DNA of 64,000 bases, taken from a virus. A program made the translations under genes and the position numbers. Location: positions 61,866-125,865 of the IMG/VR virus record IMGVR_UViG_3300046092_000062; one strand, given 5' to 3'. Below, piece by piece: positions 53,626 through 62,421 of the stretch. The notes beneath the pieces were generated by a model, which was not told the origin of the DNA, searched no databases, and worked only from the letters and a program-made list of their open reading frames with translations. Within the stretch, counting starts at the first letter, position 1. Each line of letters opens with the position of its first letter.

Positions 53626-54638
53626 AAATTTTTGAAATTCTAAGAGAAGGTGGTTGGGACACTACCTTAACACAAAACACAGTTCTACATCCTAGAATCG
53701 TCGCTCCTGCATTGGCAGTAGTTGACAAGTTTGTTATGGACTTTAACCGCTGGCTAGAGCCTAAGGGATTGGGTCCTGTACGCAGAGGCCGCCCTACAGG
53801 TAGTAGCGCACATCACGAAGCAGACGCAGCAGAACAACCAGACAAAGTCTACGGAGACATTGACTTGCAAATGATTGGCCCTGAGTTTGAAGGTGCAACA
53901 TTTGCACAGTTTACAGGCAACTGGAACAAGCTAGCAGATCAGTTTGTTAAAGAAGGTCATGCTCCTTATGTGGACACAAGCGAAAGCAAACCTGGTCACC
54001 CTATTTTCCAAATTGGCGCAAACGATTACGTACAGATTGACTTTATGTGGCATCCTGAGCGTTTAGAGCAATGGGGTGCAGCCCGTGTTACTCCTGAGCG
54101 CGGCGTTAAGGGTTTGCTAACTGGCAACATGTTTAGTGTGCTAGGCGAGCTATTGGACATCAGTATCCAACATGCAGGTGTGCAGCTAAAGGTTATTGAC
54201 AATCAGCACGTTCCGTTTAGTAAACAAAAAGGCACACAAGTTGTTACTATTACAACTAACCCCAGCACCTACATCCTGGATCTCTTTAACTACGAAGCCC
54301 AGCAACAAGGCGTGCAACCACGCATTGACCCTTTGCTAAAACAATTTCCAGGCAACGACTTAAACGATGTTAAAATCTCTAAACTAGTTAACGGCGTTAA
54401 AGGCTTTGCCCGTAGCGCAGAAGCCAGTGGCATGATGGGGCAAGGCGATTTTGCTAACTTTTCTAGCGCACAGGATTTTATACAGCAGTTCTGGCAACGT
54501 TACGAAGAAAAGGCCATGATCGATATCGCAGGCAAAAAGCGTGACAAGGCACAAACACCTGATGCTATTGCTAGGGCAGAACAAGACAGACAAAAGATCC
54601 AACAGGGTCTTGACATGGTTAGAGGACTATTCGCATAA
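53622..54638 (+). CDS. nucleotidyltransferase-fold paralog (TGSSAHHEADAAEQPDKVYGDIDL)
   Basis: A GS...DxD signature is present with a longer spacer. The N-terminus resembles those of its neighbours. Confidence 0.4.
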   Translation: MKIFEILREGGWDTTLTQNTVLHPRIVAPALAVVDKFVMDFNRWLEPKGLGPVRRGRPTGSSAHHEADAAEQPDKVYGDIDLQMIGPEFEGATFAQFTGNWNKLADQFVKEGHAPYVDTSESKPGHPIFQIGANDYVQIDFMWHPERLEQWGAARVTPERGVKGLLTGNMFSVLGELLDISIQHAGVQLKVIDNQHVPFSKQKGTQVVTITTNPSTYILDLFNYEAQQQGVQPRIDPLLKQFPGNDLNDVKISKLVNGVKGFARSAEASGMMGQGDFANFSSAQDFIQQFWQRYEEKAMIDIAGKKRDKAQTPDAIARAEQDRQKIQQGLDMVRGLFA

Positions 54639-55756
54639 TGAAATTCAGCTTTATTAACATGCTGACTGAAGCAGCAGATCCACGTATTCCCCACCCAGAG
54701 GATGCTATCTTTGGACCCAATGGTAGTGCAGATGCTGCACAAGCTCTTGCGGGACTTAGAGGTGCTATTGCCCAAGCTGGTAATATGAGTATTAAATGGG
54801 ACGGTGGTATTGCATTGTGGTTTGGCCGTAACGAACAAGGACAGTTGGTAGTGACTGACAAGTACATGCCAGACAAAGGTGTGCTAGCAACTAGCCCCGA
54901 GCAATGGCGTGAATACGATTTACAAAAGAAGTCGGGAACAACTCGTGATGACTTGTATGCAAAGCTAGCACAAATGTGGCCTGCATTAGATAAAGCAGTT
55001 GTTGGTCCAGGATGGTTCTTCGGCGACCTAATGTACAGCGAACCATTGACTCCTATCCATGGACGCTTTGTGTTTAAGGGCCCAACAGTTGAGTACCGTG
55101 TTCCTATTGAAAGCGAACTAGGACATTTAATTAACAGATCTATTGCGGGCATTGTTGTACACGTACAGTCGGATTCCCCCGGCGGTACAAAAACACCTTG
55201 GAACGGCAACGGTTTGCGTAATATTCCAGGCGGTGTGGCTATTATTAACCCTACTTTAGGCATTAAATTTAGCCTCAAGGAGCCTGTGCAGCTTTCTAAA
55301 GCAGCAGATGCGGCAATTAAAAAGTGGGGCCCAACTGTAGACCAATTCCTTGCTACACAGTCTGGAACAGCAAAAGCTCTGCTACAGCAATTCTTTAACA
55401 AGCGTATTACTAACCAGCCCGAAGGCAGGGATCTTGTTGAGTTCTTGAAAGCAAAAGCTAGCGGAAAGCAGTTTCAAATCCTAGTAGGCGATCAGGAAAC
55501 TCCTGGTGCGTTGTATGCACAAAATGCAGAAGGTGGCCTAGATGAAAGTCCGGGATACACAGGGCTTAAAGCAATATGGAACGCAATCTATGCGTTTAAA
55601 GTTAACCTAAGTCAACAGCTTGAAACTCAAGTTAAGGGACTAGAACAGTTTAGTGGTGGCCAACCCGGCGGCGAAGGATTTGTATTTCCGAGCCCAAATG
55701 GCCTGGTTAAAATTGTAAATCGTGGGCAGTTCGGCGCAGCGCATTTTAACAAGTAA
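54638..55756 (+). CDS. paralog of the two preceding proteins (degenerate nucleotidyltransferase motif; KWDGG)
   Basis: The N-terminal similarity to 52867..53625 is clear (AIFGPNGSADAAQALAGLRGAIAQA against NIFGDGDIPKEAVQGIIAHVQA). Confidence 0.4.
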   Translation: MKFSFINMLTEAADPRIPHPEDAIFGPNGSADAAQALAGLRGAIAQAGNMSIKWDGGIALWFGRNEQGQLVVTDKYMPDKGVLATSPEQWREYDLQKKSGTTRDDLYAKLAQMWPALDKAVVGPGWFFGDLMYSEPLTPIHGRFVFKGPTVEYRVPIESELGHLINRSIAGIVVHVQSDSPGGTKTPWNGNGLRNIPGGVAIINPTLGIKFSLKEPVQLSKAADAAIKKWGPTVDQFLATQSGTAKALLQQFFNKRITNQPEGRDLVEFLKAKASGKQFQILVGDQETPGALYAQNAEGGLDESPGYTGLKAIWNAIYAFKVNLSQQLETQVKGLEQFSGGQPGGEGFVFPSPNGLVKIVNRGQFGAAHFNK

Positions 55757-55780
55757 ATAGCCAGTCTTTTTCTCAAAGAG

Positions 55781-55796
55781 ATAAATATTTACATGA
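55781..55796 (+). promoter_or_regulatory. late-promoter-like motif ATAAATATTTACATGA
   Basis: A near-identical 16-mer recurs at 56805..56820. It resembles the T4 late consensus TATAAATA. Its embedded ATG opens a 15-codon upstream ORF that ends on the start of the next gene. Confidence 0.35.
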
Positions 55797-55830
55797 GGCG
55801 TATAGCCCATTCATTAAAAGGAAATTTAAA

Positions 55831-56229
55831 ATGGCATTAGGACAAGTAAAAGTAAACGGCAAAGCAGCCGCAGGTGCATTCCAAGGTTACCAACCATTGG
55901 TTATTAAAATCGCTGACAGCCAATCTGGCTTCACAGCTACAACAGGTGGTACAAGTCAATCTGCACCATTGGTTGAAGGTGGTTACGACCAAGGTATCCG
56001 TGCAGTAGAAACATTGGGTTCTATCGTATGGGCTGGCGCTCAAACTAACGCATCTTTGTGCGTTATCGTTGACGGTGCTACATTCAACGCAGGCGCAGGT
56101 GCAACAACATCTGGTGCTTACGGTGCTTTGAAGGATGCAGTTGCATCTGCAACAGGCATGGGTGCTGGTAACTTGACAGTTACTACATCTAGCGTGTTGA
56201 ACGGCGCTGGTACATTCACATTCGCTTAA
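55831..56229 (+). CDS. small Gly/Ala/Thr-rich abundant structural-type protein (paralog of 56310..56753)
   Basis: It has its own terminator and the late motif upstream. The N-termini of the two paralogs are MALGQVKVNGK and MASGALKVNGD. Confidence 0.5.
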   Translation: MALGQVKVNGKAAAGAFQGYQPLVIKIADSQSGFTATTGGTSQSAPLVEGGYDQGIRAVETLGSIVWAGAQTNASLCVIVDGATFNAGAGATTSGAYGALKDAVASATGMGAGNLTVTTSSVLNGAGTFTFA

Positions 56230-56248
56230 TATTTTAAGCAGTGAAAAC

Positions 56249-56273
56249 AAAAAGGCTCTTAGGAGCCTTTTTT
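56249..56273 (+). terminator. rho-independent terminator AGGCTC-TTA-GGAGCCT followed by T6
   Basis: A perfect stem followed by a U tract. Confidence 0.65.
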
Positions 56274-56309
56274 AATGGCTAACTAAATATAGTATATTGG
56301 AGATATAAC

Positions 56310-56753
56310 ATGGCCTCAGGCGCATTAAAAGTAAACGGCGATGCAACCGCAGTAGTTGCAACAGATATTGATGGTAACACAGACGGCTCGGCCCGCACTG
56401 CCACTGGCATCATTGCACCAGGTATGAGTGGCCGCATCACTGCATATAAGATCACAGGTGTTGGCGGATATGCTGCAAGCAACTTAACTCTTGAAAGCGG
56501 CATTAACCGCACAACAGGTAACGTTGGGTTAGTATCACAGATGCTTGGGGTTATTCAGCAACGTAACACAGTTGTAGCATACCAAGTCGAAAGCGGCAGT
56601 AATCAACTAAGTGCATTAGTAGAACACAGTGCATGGACTGACGCAGAATTGCAAGCATACATTCGTGCAAACATTACACAACTTGGTGTATACGGTAACA
56701 GCACAGTGTCTAGCGTATCAGTTGCTAGCACAGGCGGCTTGAAGTTAGCATAA
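56310..56753 (+). CDS. small Gly/Ala/Thr-rich structural-type protein (paralog)
   Basis: ORF track entry. A terminator follows. Confidence 0.5.
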   Translation: MASGALKVNGDATAVVATDIDGNTDGSARTATGIIAPGMSGRITAYKITGVGGYAASNLTLESGINRTTGNVGLVSQMLGVIQQRNTVVAYQVESGSNQLSALVEHSAWTDAELQAYIRANITQLGVYGNSTVSSVSVASTGGLKLA

Positions 56754-56773
56754 GAGTTAACACTTAACAACAG

Positions 56774-56797
56774 AGGCAGTTTTATACTGCCTTTTTT
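56774..56797 (+). terminator. rho-independent terminator GGCAG-TTTTATA-CTGCC followed by T6
   Basis: A stem followed by a U tract. Confidence 0.55.
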
Positions 56798-56804
56798 GTT
56801 GGAC

Positions 56805-56820
56805 ATAAATATCTACATGA
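56805..56820 (+). promoter_or_regulatory. late-promoter-like motif ATAAATATCTACATGA
   Basis: The second copy of the 16-mer. Its ATG is the start of the next CDS. Confidence 0.35.
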
Positions 56821-57263
56821 ACCGAGAACTACAGTTTTATACAGGATACACACTAGTGGACATTACTGCCACTGGTGTAACCCGATATAGACCTGAGCAA
56901 GAGTTTGAAAGAAATCAGCAACGTAACTGGGAAACGGTATTGCAGACAATGGGTCTTAGAACCCAGCCTCTCATGATCAACGGACCGATATGCACAGAAA
57001 GTAACCTAGCAGATGGATGGAACTTTGGAGAATATTACCGAGGACGCCATAAGATCTGGGTTTGGACCTTTGCAATCGAGCACCAAGACGTTTTCCTAGT
57101 GGGAGATAATCCACAAGGTGGCTTAGAAACTGACTTTGAACAAATTCCTGTCGTAACCGGATTGGCAGAAACAGCTCGTTTTATGTTGCCTATCTTTTAT
57201 CCGCATGGCGCGATAAAAAATGTGTACTTTAAAAACCTGGCAATAGACTTAAATAATATTTAA
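56817..57263 (+). CDS. hypothetical protein
   Basis: ORF 56796..57263 (TTG start) trimmed to the ATG at 56817. Confidence 0.45.
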   Translation: MNRELQFYTGYTLVDITATGVTRYRPEQEFERNQQRNWETVLQTMGLRTQPLMINGPICTESNLADGWNFGEYYRGRHKIWVWTFAIEHQDVFLVGDNPQGGLETDFEQIPVVTGLAETARFMLPIFYPHGAIKNVYFKNLAIDLNNI

Positions 57264-57353
57264 TGCTACGGCACACACAGGCACTCTTTTATGGCACACA
57301 TTTTGGCACACTCAACAGCATTGTTATCTGAATAACAAATAAGGAATATCGCA

Positions 57354-57611
57354 ATGGCGACGGAAATTGAAAAAGAGAATCTTGAAGCGCACGTAGAATT
57401 ATGTGCTGAAAGGTATAAGAATTTGGACACTAAGCTAAACAGTCTTGATGAAAGAATGAGTCGCGTTGAGGATTTAATCGTGAGTATTAAAGAATCGCTT
57501 GCCGCTGCTCCCGATGCATCAAACAAAACAATTATCACTATTGGTACAGCAATCATCGGCGTGTTGATCTCCGGTTTTGTTGTTGTGCTAGTTAACTTTG
57601 TCAACAAATGA
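57354..57611 (+). CDS. small coiled-coil protein with a C-terminal transmembrane segment
   Basis: ORF track entry. The last 25 residues are hydrophobic. Confidence 0.45.
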   Translation: MATEIEKENLEAHVELCAERYKNLDTKLNSLDERMSRVEDLIVSIKESLAAAPDASNKTIITIGTAIIGVLISGFVVVLVNFVNK

Positions 57612-57820
57612 AAATTGTTGAACTATTAAACCACATTAGATTGTCCATCACAAACGAAGAAGCGGATGTGTTGGGCAAATTTAATGAACACGAAATAATT
57701 AAACGGGCCGACCTGAACGAGCGCGAAATTCACATTGCAAATCAATTAGTCAACAAAGATGTATTGTTGAGAAAGAATCAAGATGGCCAAATCACGTACA
57801 AGAAAAAATCCCATAACTAA
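57608..57820 (+). CDS. hypothetical protein
   Basis: ORF track entry. Confidence 0.4.
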   Translation: MKIVELLNHIRLSITNEEADVLGKFNEHEIIKRADLNEREIHIANQLVNKDVLLRKNQDGQITYKKKSHN

Positions 57821-58310
57821 TGGGCAAGTAGTCGAGGCAATGGTAGCAGTAGATTTAGCTGCACAATATGTCAAAACCTGGACTAAAAATGAAACTCAAA
57901 AACTAATAAAAAGCGAACCCTTGATCATCCCCACTAAGGATGGATGGCAAGTTGGTAAGCACTCTATAAAACAGTCAGCAGGTGTTTGGCAACTATTCAA
58001 CGACTTCACTGAGTTGATGGCCACATTCACTTGCAAACAATCTGCTGTGACGTACTCGTTGCTATATCAAACTGGCCGCTTGAAGCAAGCACAGAATTTA
58101 TACCGAAACGATACGACACTAAGTAAGTTAACACAGGATAAAATCTATTACGTACACAACAGAAATCGAGCAATTAAGCGCGATGATATGTTTACAGTTG
58201 ACGTATTAGATGCTAGAATAACAGATAATAGTATCATGTTAGATCTAGCTAAAATAGATCTTGAAAAAACTTTAAATCAGGCTAAATATCTAAAAGGTAT
58301 CTGGGAATAA
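57783..58310 (+). CDS. hypothetical protein
   Basis: ORF track entry. Confidence 0.4.
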   Translation: MAKSRTRKNPITNGQVVEAMVAVDLAAQYVKTWTKNETQKLIKSEPLIIPTKDGWQVGKHSIKQSAGVWQLFNDFTELMATFTCKQSAVTYSLLYQTGRLKQAQNLYRNDTTLSKLTQDKIYYVHNRNRAIKRDDMFTVDVLDARITDNSIMLDLAKIDLEKTLNQAKYLKGIWE

Positions 58311-58315
58311 CCACT

Positions 58316-58999
58316 ATGAGATTAAACGAAATGGGCGCTAAGCCAACCGCAAAACAAATGAACAAAGTCATGGAAAGCCGCTTTGGTTTCCAAGTTGACT
58401 ATGCAAACTTAACCTTCAAGAAGGCTTACACGATGGCAACTGCTATCAGCGAAAGCCTAAACAAGATTAAGAGTACACACGGCGTTCACACTGCTGAAAA
58501 GAATCCATCTTACATGGAAATGCTTATGGTACGTGAAAGCCTACACAGCTGGATGCGTGACAACAAACAACAGTTGATCAACGAAAGCGAAATGGCCAAG
58601 TCTGAAGCTATCTTAGCTGCAAAAGACATGGTTGATAGCATCCAAGACATGTTGGAAAAAATCAGCAAAATGCAGAACGAACAGTTACCTGCATTGTTAG
58701 ACACAATCCGTGACCAAATTGGCATTGAAAAAGCCGACGGCTTTAAGAGCGCAGTTAGCCCATTGCTAGGCAATTTGGCACAAACACTACAACAAGGTCG
58801 CGAAACTGCTGATTCAGCAGCACGTGGCTTAGCCGGCGAAGACATGGGCCAAGATATGGGCATGGGCGGAGCAGACTTAGGTCCAAGCATGGGCGGTGGT
58901 CTTGACGGCGAAATGAGTGATATGGACCAAGGCGCTGACTTTGGTGCCAGCGATGCAGCAACAGGCGGTACAGCCGACTTAGGCAGAGAAGTACGCTAA
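58316..58999 (+). CDS. hypothetical protein with a Gly/Asp/Met-rich C-terminus
   Basis: ORF track entry. Confidence 0.45.
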   Translation: MRLNEMGAKPTAKQMNKVMESRFGFQVDYANLTFKKAYTMATAISESLNKIKSTHGVHTAEKNPSYMEMLMVRESLHSWMRDNKQQLINESEMAKSEAILAAKDMVDSIQDMLEKISKMQNEQLPALLDTIRDQIGIEKADGFKSAVSPLLGNLAQTLQQGRETADSAARGLAGEDMGQDMGMGGADLGPSMGGGLDGEMSDMDQGADFGASDAATGGTADLGREVR

Positions 59000-59421
59000 T
59001 GCGATTCGCAGAAATTATTGTTGAAGACAGCGGCATAGGCGCAATGATCGAAGACGAGGCAGAAACTCGTGGAGATAGCGTCTTAGCCACAGCTCTTGAA
59101 GAATTACGCAATCGTGCTCATGGGCATTCAGTCCCTAAGGTACGTGTTGACAGCTTAGTTAATCTAGTTAAGCGTTTACCAGGCGGTGAATCGTTTAACG
59201 CAGATGCACTAGAATCTGCACGTAAGAGCAACGACACAATCAAAAACTTAATCACAGATATTAAAGACGACGAAAACGGCGTTAAGTACGTTTACTTGGC
59301 TACATTTAGTGATGACGGTTTCGGTGATGAATCGACTCCTGGTGCAGAAGACGGAGCACAAACTGCTCCTGAGAAAACTGTTAGCAGTATGGCTAACAGG
59401 GCACTAGGAAACCGTGGCTAA
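58999..59421 (+). CDS. hypothetical acidic protein
   Basis: ORF track entry. Confidence 0.4.
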   Translation: MRFAEIIVEDSGIGAMIEDEAETRGDSVLATALEELRNRAHGHSVPKVRVDSLVNLVKRLPGGESFNADALESARKSNDTIKNLITDIKDDENGVKYVYLATFSDDGFGDESTPGAEDGAQTAPEKTVSSMANRALGNRG

Positions 59422-59451
59422 ATCTGTTATAGTTGTCCATAAAGGACTTAT

Positions 59452-59844
59452 ATGGCATATTCAGACAAGGTAATTGATCACTATGAGAACCCACGTAATG
59501 TGGGTTCTTTTGCGAGTGAGGACAGCGATGTTGGCACTGGTATGGTTGGCGCACCCGCTTGTGGTGACGTAATGAAATTACAAATAAAGGTAGACTCGAA
59601 TGGAATTATCACCGATGCACGTTTTAAGACTTATGGTTGCGGGAGTGCTATTGCAAGCAGCTCATTGGTTACTGAGTGGGTTAAAGGAAAAAGTCTGTCC
59701 GAAGCAGCAAGCATCACAAACAGTGAGATCGCAGGCGAGCTAGCTCTACCACCAGTTAAAATCCATTGTAGCATCTTAGCTGAGGATGCAATCAAAGCAG
59801 CAATTGAAAATTATCGAGCAAAGAATGATTCTAGTTTACAGTGA
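59452..59844 (+). CDS. iscU: IscU/NifU-type Fe-S cluster assembly scaffold
   Basis: The sequence is almost colinear with E. coli IscU as recalled (MAYS(D/E)KVIDHYENPRNVGSF...GAPACGDVMKLQIKV...FKTYGCGSAIASSSLVTEWVKGKSL...LPPVKIHCSILAEDAIKAAI), including the three cluster-ligand Cys residues. Confidence 0.85.
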   Translation: MAYSDKVIDHYENPRNVGSFASEDSDVGTGMVGAPACGDVMKLQIKVDSNGIITDARFKTYGCGSAIASSSLVTEWVKGKSLSEAASITNSEIAGELALPPVKIHCSILAEDAIKAAIENYRAKNDSSLQ

Positions 59845-60910
59845 TAGTCAGATTATTGACTTAGAGTGGCTTCCAAAAATACAGTTCAACCGCCCATACA
59901 CAATTTGTCACAGCATCGACGAATACGAAGCAGCACAAGTTGACACCAAGATAGCATTTACTACACACCGACTACACTGTGACTTTGATACAGCCTACGT
60001 TGGATTTGAAGATAAGATAAACCGTTTAAGTTACATTAGTGATTTAGTTTTCACCTTTGAAAGCGAATTGCACAACTTCCATTGGCAAATTTGGGACCAA
60101 TGCCATCACGACAATGTCTACTGGATGTTGCCAGGCGCAGTAAACGACAGAGATGACATTAACAGTCACATTCTATGCTGGGGCGACTGGTTTAAAACAA
60201 CAGCAAATATCTATAAAGCATTGCCAGACAAAGTAATGCACATCAACTACTCTGCTACCAAGCCCAAGTACTTTGATGCCTTACTAGGCAGTCCTAAGCC
60301 ACACAGAGACTTTGTGTTTAAAGCAGTTAACGATAACAAGTTAAATGACAAAGTTGTAATGACGTATGGCGGTGACTGGAAAGAAGGCGAGTTCTATGCT
60401 AAGGATTACTTTATTTGGGAAGAAGGAACTACACCAATTGGTCAAACCATTGGCACTGCTGACTGGGCAGACTATTGCGGGCAACGTGTACACCTAAGTC
60501 AGATCATTCCTATCAAGACATTCAACGAAACAGCATACAGTATCATTGCAGAAACTGACTTTGATAATACACTAAGCTGCTTCACTGAGAAAACGGCCAA
60601 GCCAATGATTGGTCGTAGACTGTTTATTGCGTTCACCGGTTACAAGTTTATGCACAATCTACGTGCATTGGGCTTCAAAACATTTGATGGAGTAATTGAC
60701 GAGTCTTATGACTTGATTAAAGACGATAACGAGCGTTATACTGCCGCATTTGAGCAGGTTAAGTGGCTTTGTGAGCAGGATCAAGATGTTATCTATGCCA
60801 AGATCAAGCCTATTGTTGAACATAACTTTCAACTGCTAATGACACGGGATTGGACAGCATGGCCAGCATCCCGTATCACTGAGGTAATTAACTCAACAAT
60901 CGTTGGTTAA
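59825..60910 (+). CDS. hypothetical protein
   Basis: ORF 59786..60910 trimmed to the ATG at 59825. Confidence 0.45.
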   Translation: MILVYSDSQIIDLEWLPKIQFNRPYTICHSIDEYEAAQVDTKIAFTTHRLHCDFDTAYVGFEDKINRLSYISDLVFTFESELHNFHWQIWDQCHHDNVYWMLPGAVNDRDDINSHILCWGDWFKTTANIYKALPDKVMHINYSATKPKYFDALLGSPKPHRDFVFKAVNDNKLNDKVVMTYGGDWKEGEFYAKDYFIWEEGTTPIGQTIGTADWADYCGQRVHLSQIIPIKTFNETAYSIIAETDFDNTLSCFTEKTAKPMIGRRLFIAFTGYKFMHNLRALGFKTFDGVIDESYDLIKDDNERYTAAFEQVKWLCEQDQDVIYAKIKPIVEHNFQLLMTRDWTAWPASRITEVINSTIVG

Positions 60911-61640
60911 CAATTCCGGCCCAGGCAGCATGTGCAGCAGGGCCTGGATGAAACTTGTCATCCATAAAACTTCCCATACTCTTAGCTAATTCGTAGACCC
61001 CGTCTTTGGCGTCGTTTGTAAAGATCCAGTTATCAAACTTGATTTCACGCAACAGGTGCTGAACTTCAGGGAACCCTGTAACACCAAAGTCACCATTGGG
61101 GCTGATATTCTTACCATCAGTCCAGTAGTTTACGTAACTCATAAACTTGTATTTGATGCCCTTGCTCTCTAAGAAGCTTTGTAGCTTGACCATCTCCATC
61201 AAGTTGATCATTGCTAAACTCAATTCACTGGATACCTTGTACTGCTCATAGAACATCTTGTGCGCAACAGGATTCTTGTACCATGTGCCCATCTGCCCAC
61301 CGCTAAAGATGTACCCTAGCTTCTGGTTATCCATCCTGCGATAAAACCCATAGCTGTCGTATAAGGCATTCCAGTCTGGATCAGTAACGTCGGTTAGGAA
61401 ATCTAGTCTGCTTACACCACTCCACATAACCAAGACTTGGTCATACGCACCGGGATTCTCTAAGACCTTGTGTATAACGCTGTCTGCGATGTATTGGTTA
61501 CCAGCCGCTGCTTCTGCAATGGTAGTAATCTCTAGTTCTGGATTGATTTCGTTTAGGTAACGGGGCCAACACGTATTGAGTCCGCCCGGTGTCTCGGGCC
61601 ATTGGGTAAAGCTACACCCACTTATAAGTAATTTCATCAA
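60888..61640 (-). CDS. hypothetical protein (minus strand; LISGCSFT N-terminal motif, possibly SGNH-like)
   Basis: ORF track entry. Confidence 0.4.
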   Translation of the reverse strand: MMKLLISGCSFTQWPETPGGLNTCWPRYLNEINPELEITTIAEAAAGNQYIADSVIHKVLENPGAYDQVLVMWSGVSRLDFLTDVTDPDWNALYDSYGFYRRMDNQKLGYIFSGGQMGTWYKNPVAHKMFYEQYKVSSELSLAMINLMEMVKLQSFLESKGIKYKFMSYVNYWTDGKNISPNGDFGVTGFPEVQHLLREIKFDNWIFTNDAKDGVYELAKSMGSFMDDKFHPGPAAHAAWAGIVNQRLLS

Positions 61641-61648
61641 AATATTTA

Positions 61649-61677
61649 TTGACTATGAGGGCACCAGTTGCTATAAT
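61649..61677 (+). promoter_or_regulatory. sigma70-type promoter TTGACT-17 bp-TATAAT, 7 nt upstream of the ATG at 61684 (near-leaderless)
   Basis: Consensus hexamers lie in the divergent intergenic region. Confidence 0.45.
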
Positions 61678-61683
61678 TACAAT

Positions 61684-62394
61684 ATGTTAACATCACCATA
61701 TGAATATTCACCATTAAGCAGAGAAACACTAGAAGGCAAACGTCACTATTGTTTACCCGACGGCAGCAAAGTACCCTCTGTTACCACTATCCTAGACCGT
61801 ACCAAGAGCGAGGAAAAGAAAGCAGTCCTTGCTAACTGGAAAAAGCGGGTAGGCGAGCAGCAAGCACAAAAGATTGTGACAGAAGCTGCTAACCGCGGCA
61901 CACGTATGCACAGTTACCTAGAGCAGTACATCTTAACAGGTGACATGAAGGAACTGCCCTCTAATCCCTTTGCACAACCCAGCTGGTTTATGGCAGCAGA
62001 AGTTATCCTACAAGGACTACAACACGTAGACGAGTTTTGGGGCACAGAAGTTCCACTTTATTATAGTGGGTTATATGCAGGTACCACTGACTGCATTGGC
62101 GTATGGAAGGGCAAGCCTGCTATCCTTGACTTTAAGCAAACTAACAAGCCCAAGAAACGTGAGTGGATTGATGATTACTTTATTCAGCTAGCAGCATACG
62201 CCGCAGCACACAATCACACTCACGGCACAGAAATCAACACTGGCGTTATTTTAATGGCTCAACAGCCAACTACATTGCCCAATGGCGAACTAGACAAGCC
62301 GGTTTATACCGAATATGTAATCGAAGGCGATGAGTTTGCACATTGGGACAAAGAGTGGATGAAACGTGTAGAGATGTATTACCTGTCTAGCTAA
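61684..62394 (+). CDS. PD-(D/E)XK-superfamily nuclease (lambda-exonuclease/YqaJ-like; ILDFKQT motif)
   Basis: ORF 61576..62394 trimmed to the ATG at 61684. A D...(D/E)xK arrangement is present. Confidence 0.5.
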   Translation: MLTSPYEYSPLSRETLEGKRHYCLPDGSKVPSVTTILDRTKSEEKKAVLANWKKRVGEQQAQKIVTEAANRGTRMHSYLEQYILTGDMKELPSNPFAQPSWFMAAEVILQGLQHVDEFWGTEVPLYYSGLYAGTTDCIGVWKGKPAILDFKQTNKPKKREWIDDYFIQLAAYAAAHNHTHGTEINTGVILMAQQPTTLPNGELDKPVYTEYVIEGDEFAHWDKEWMKRVEMYYLSS

Positions 62395-62421
62395 ATACAC
62401 AATAGTTAGAGGATTAGCACA

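Noticed and set aside
54638-55756. RNA/DNA ligase call based on a KWDGG (KxDG) motif and a distal EGFVF...KIVNR
   Set aside because: The motif I to motif IV spacing of about 290 aa is too long for a ligase nucleotidyltransferase domain. The protein is instead a paralog of the two upstream Pol-beta-like nucleotidyltransferases.
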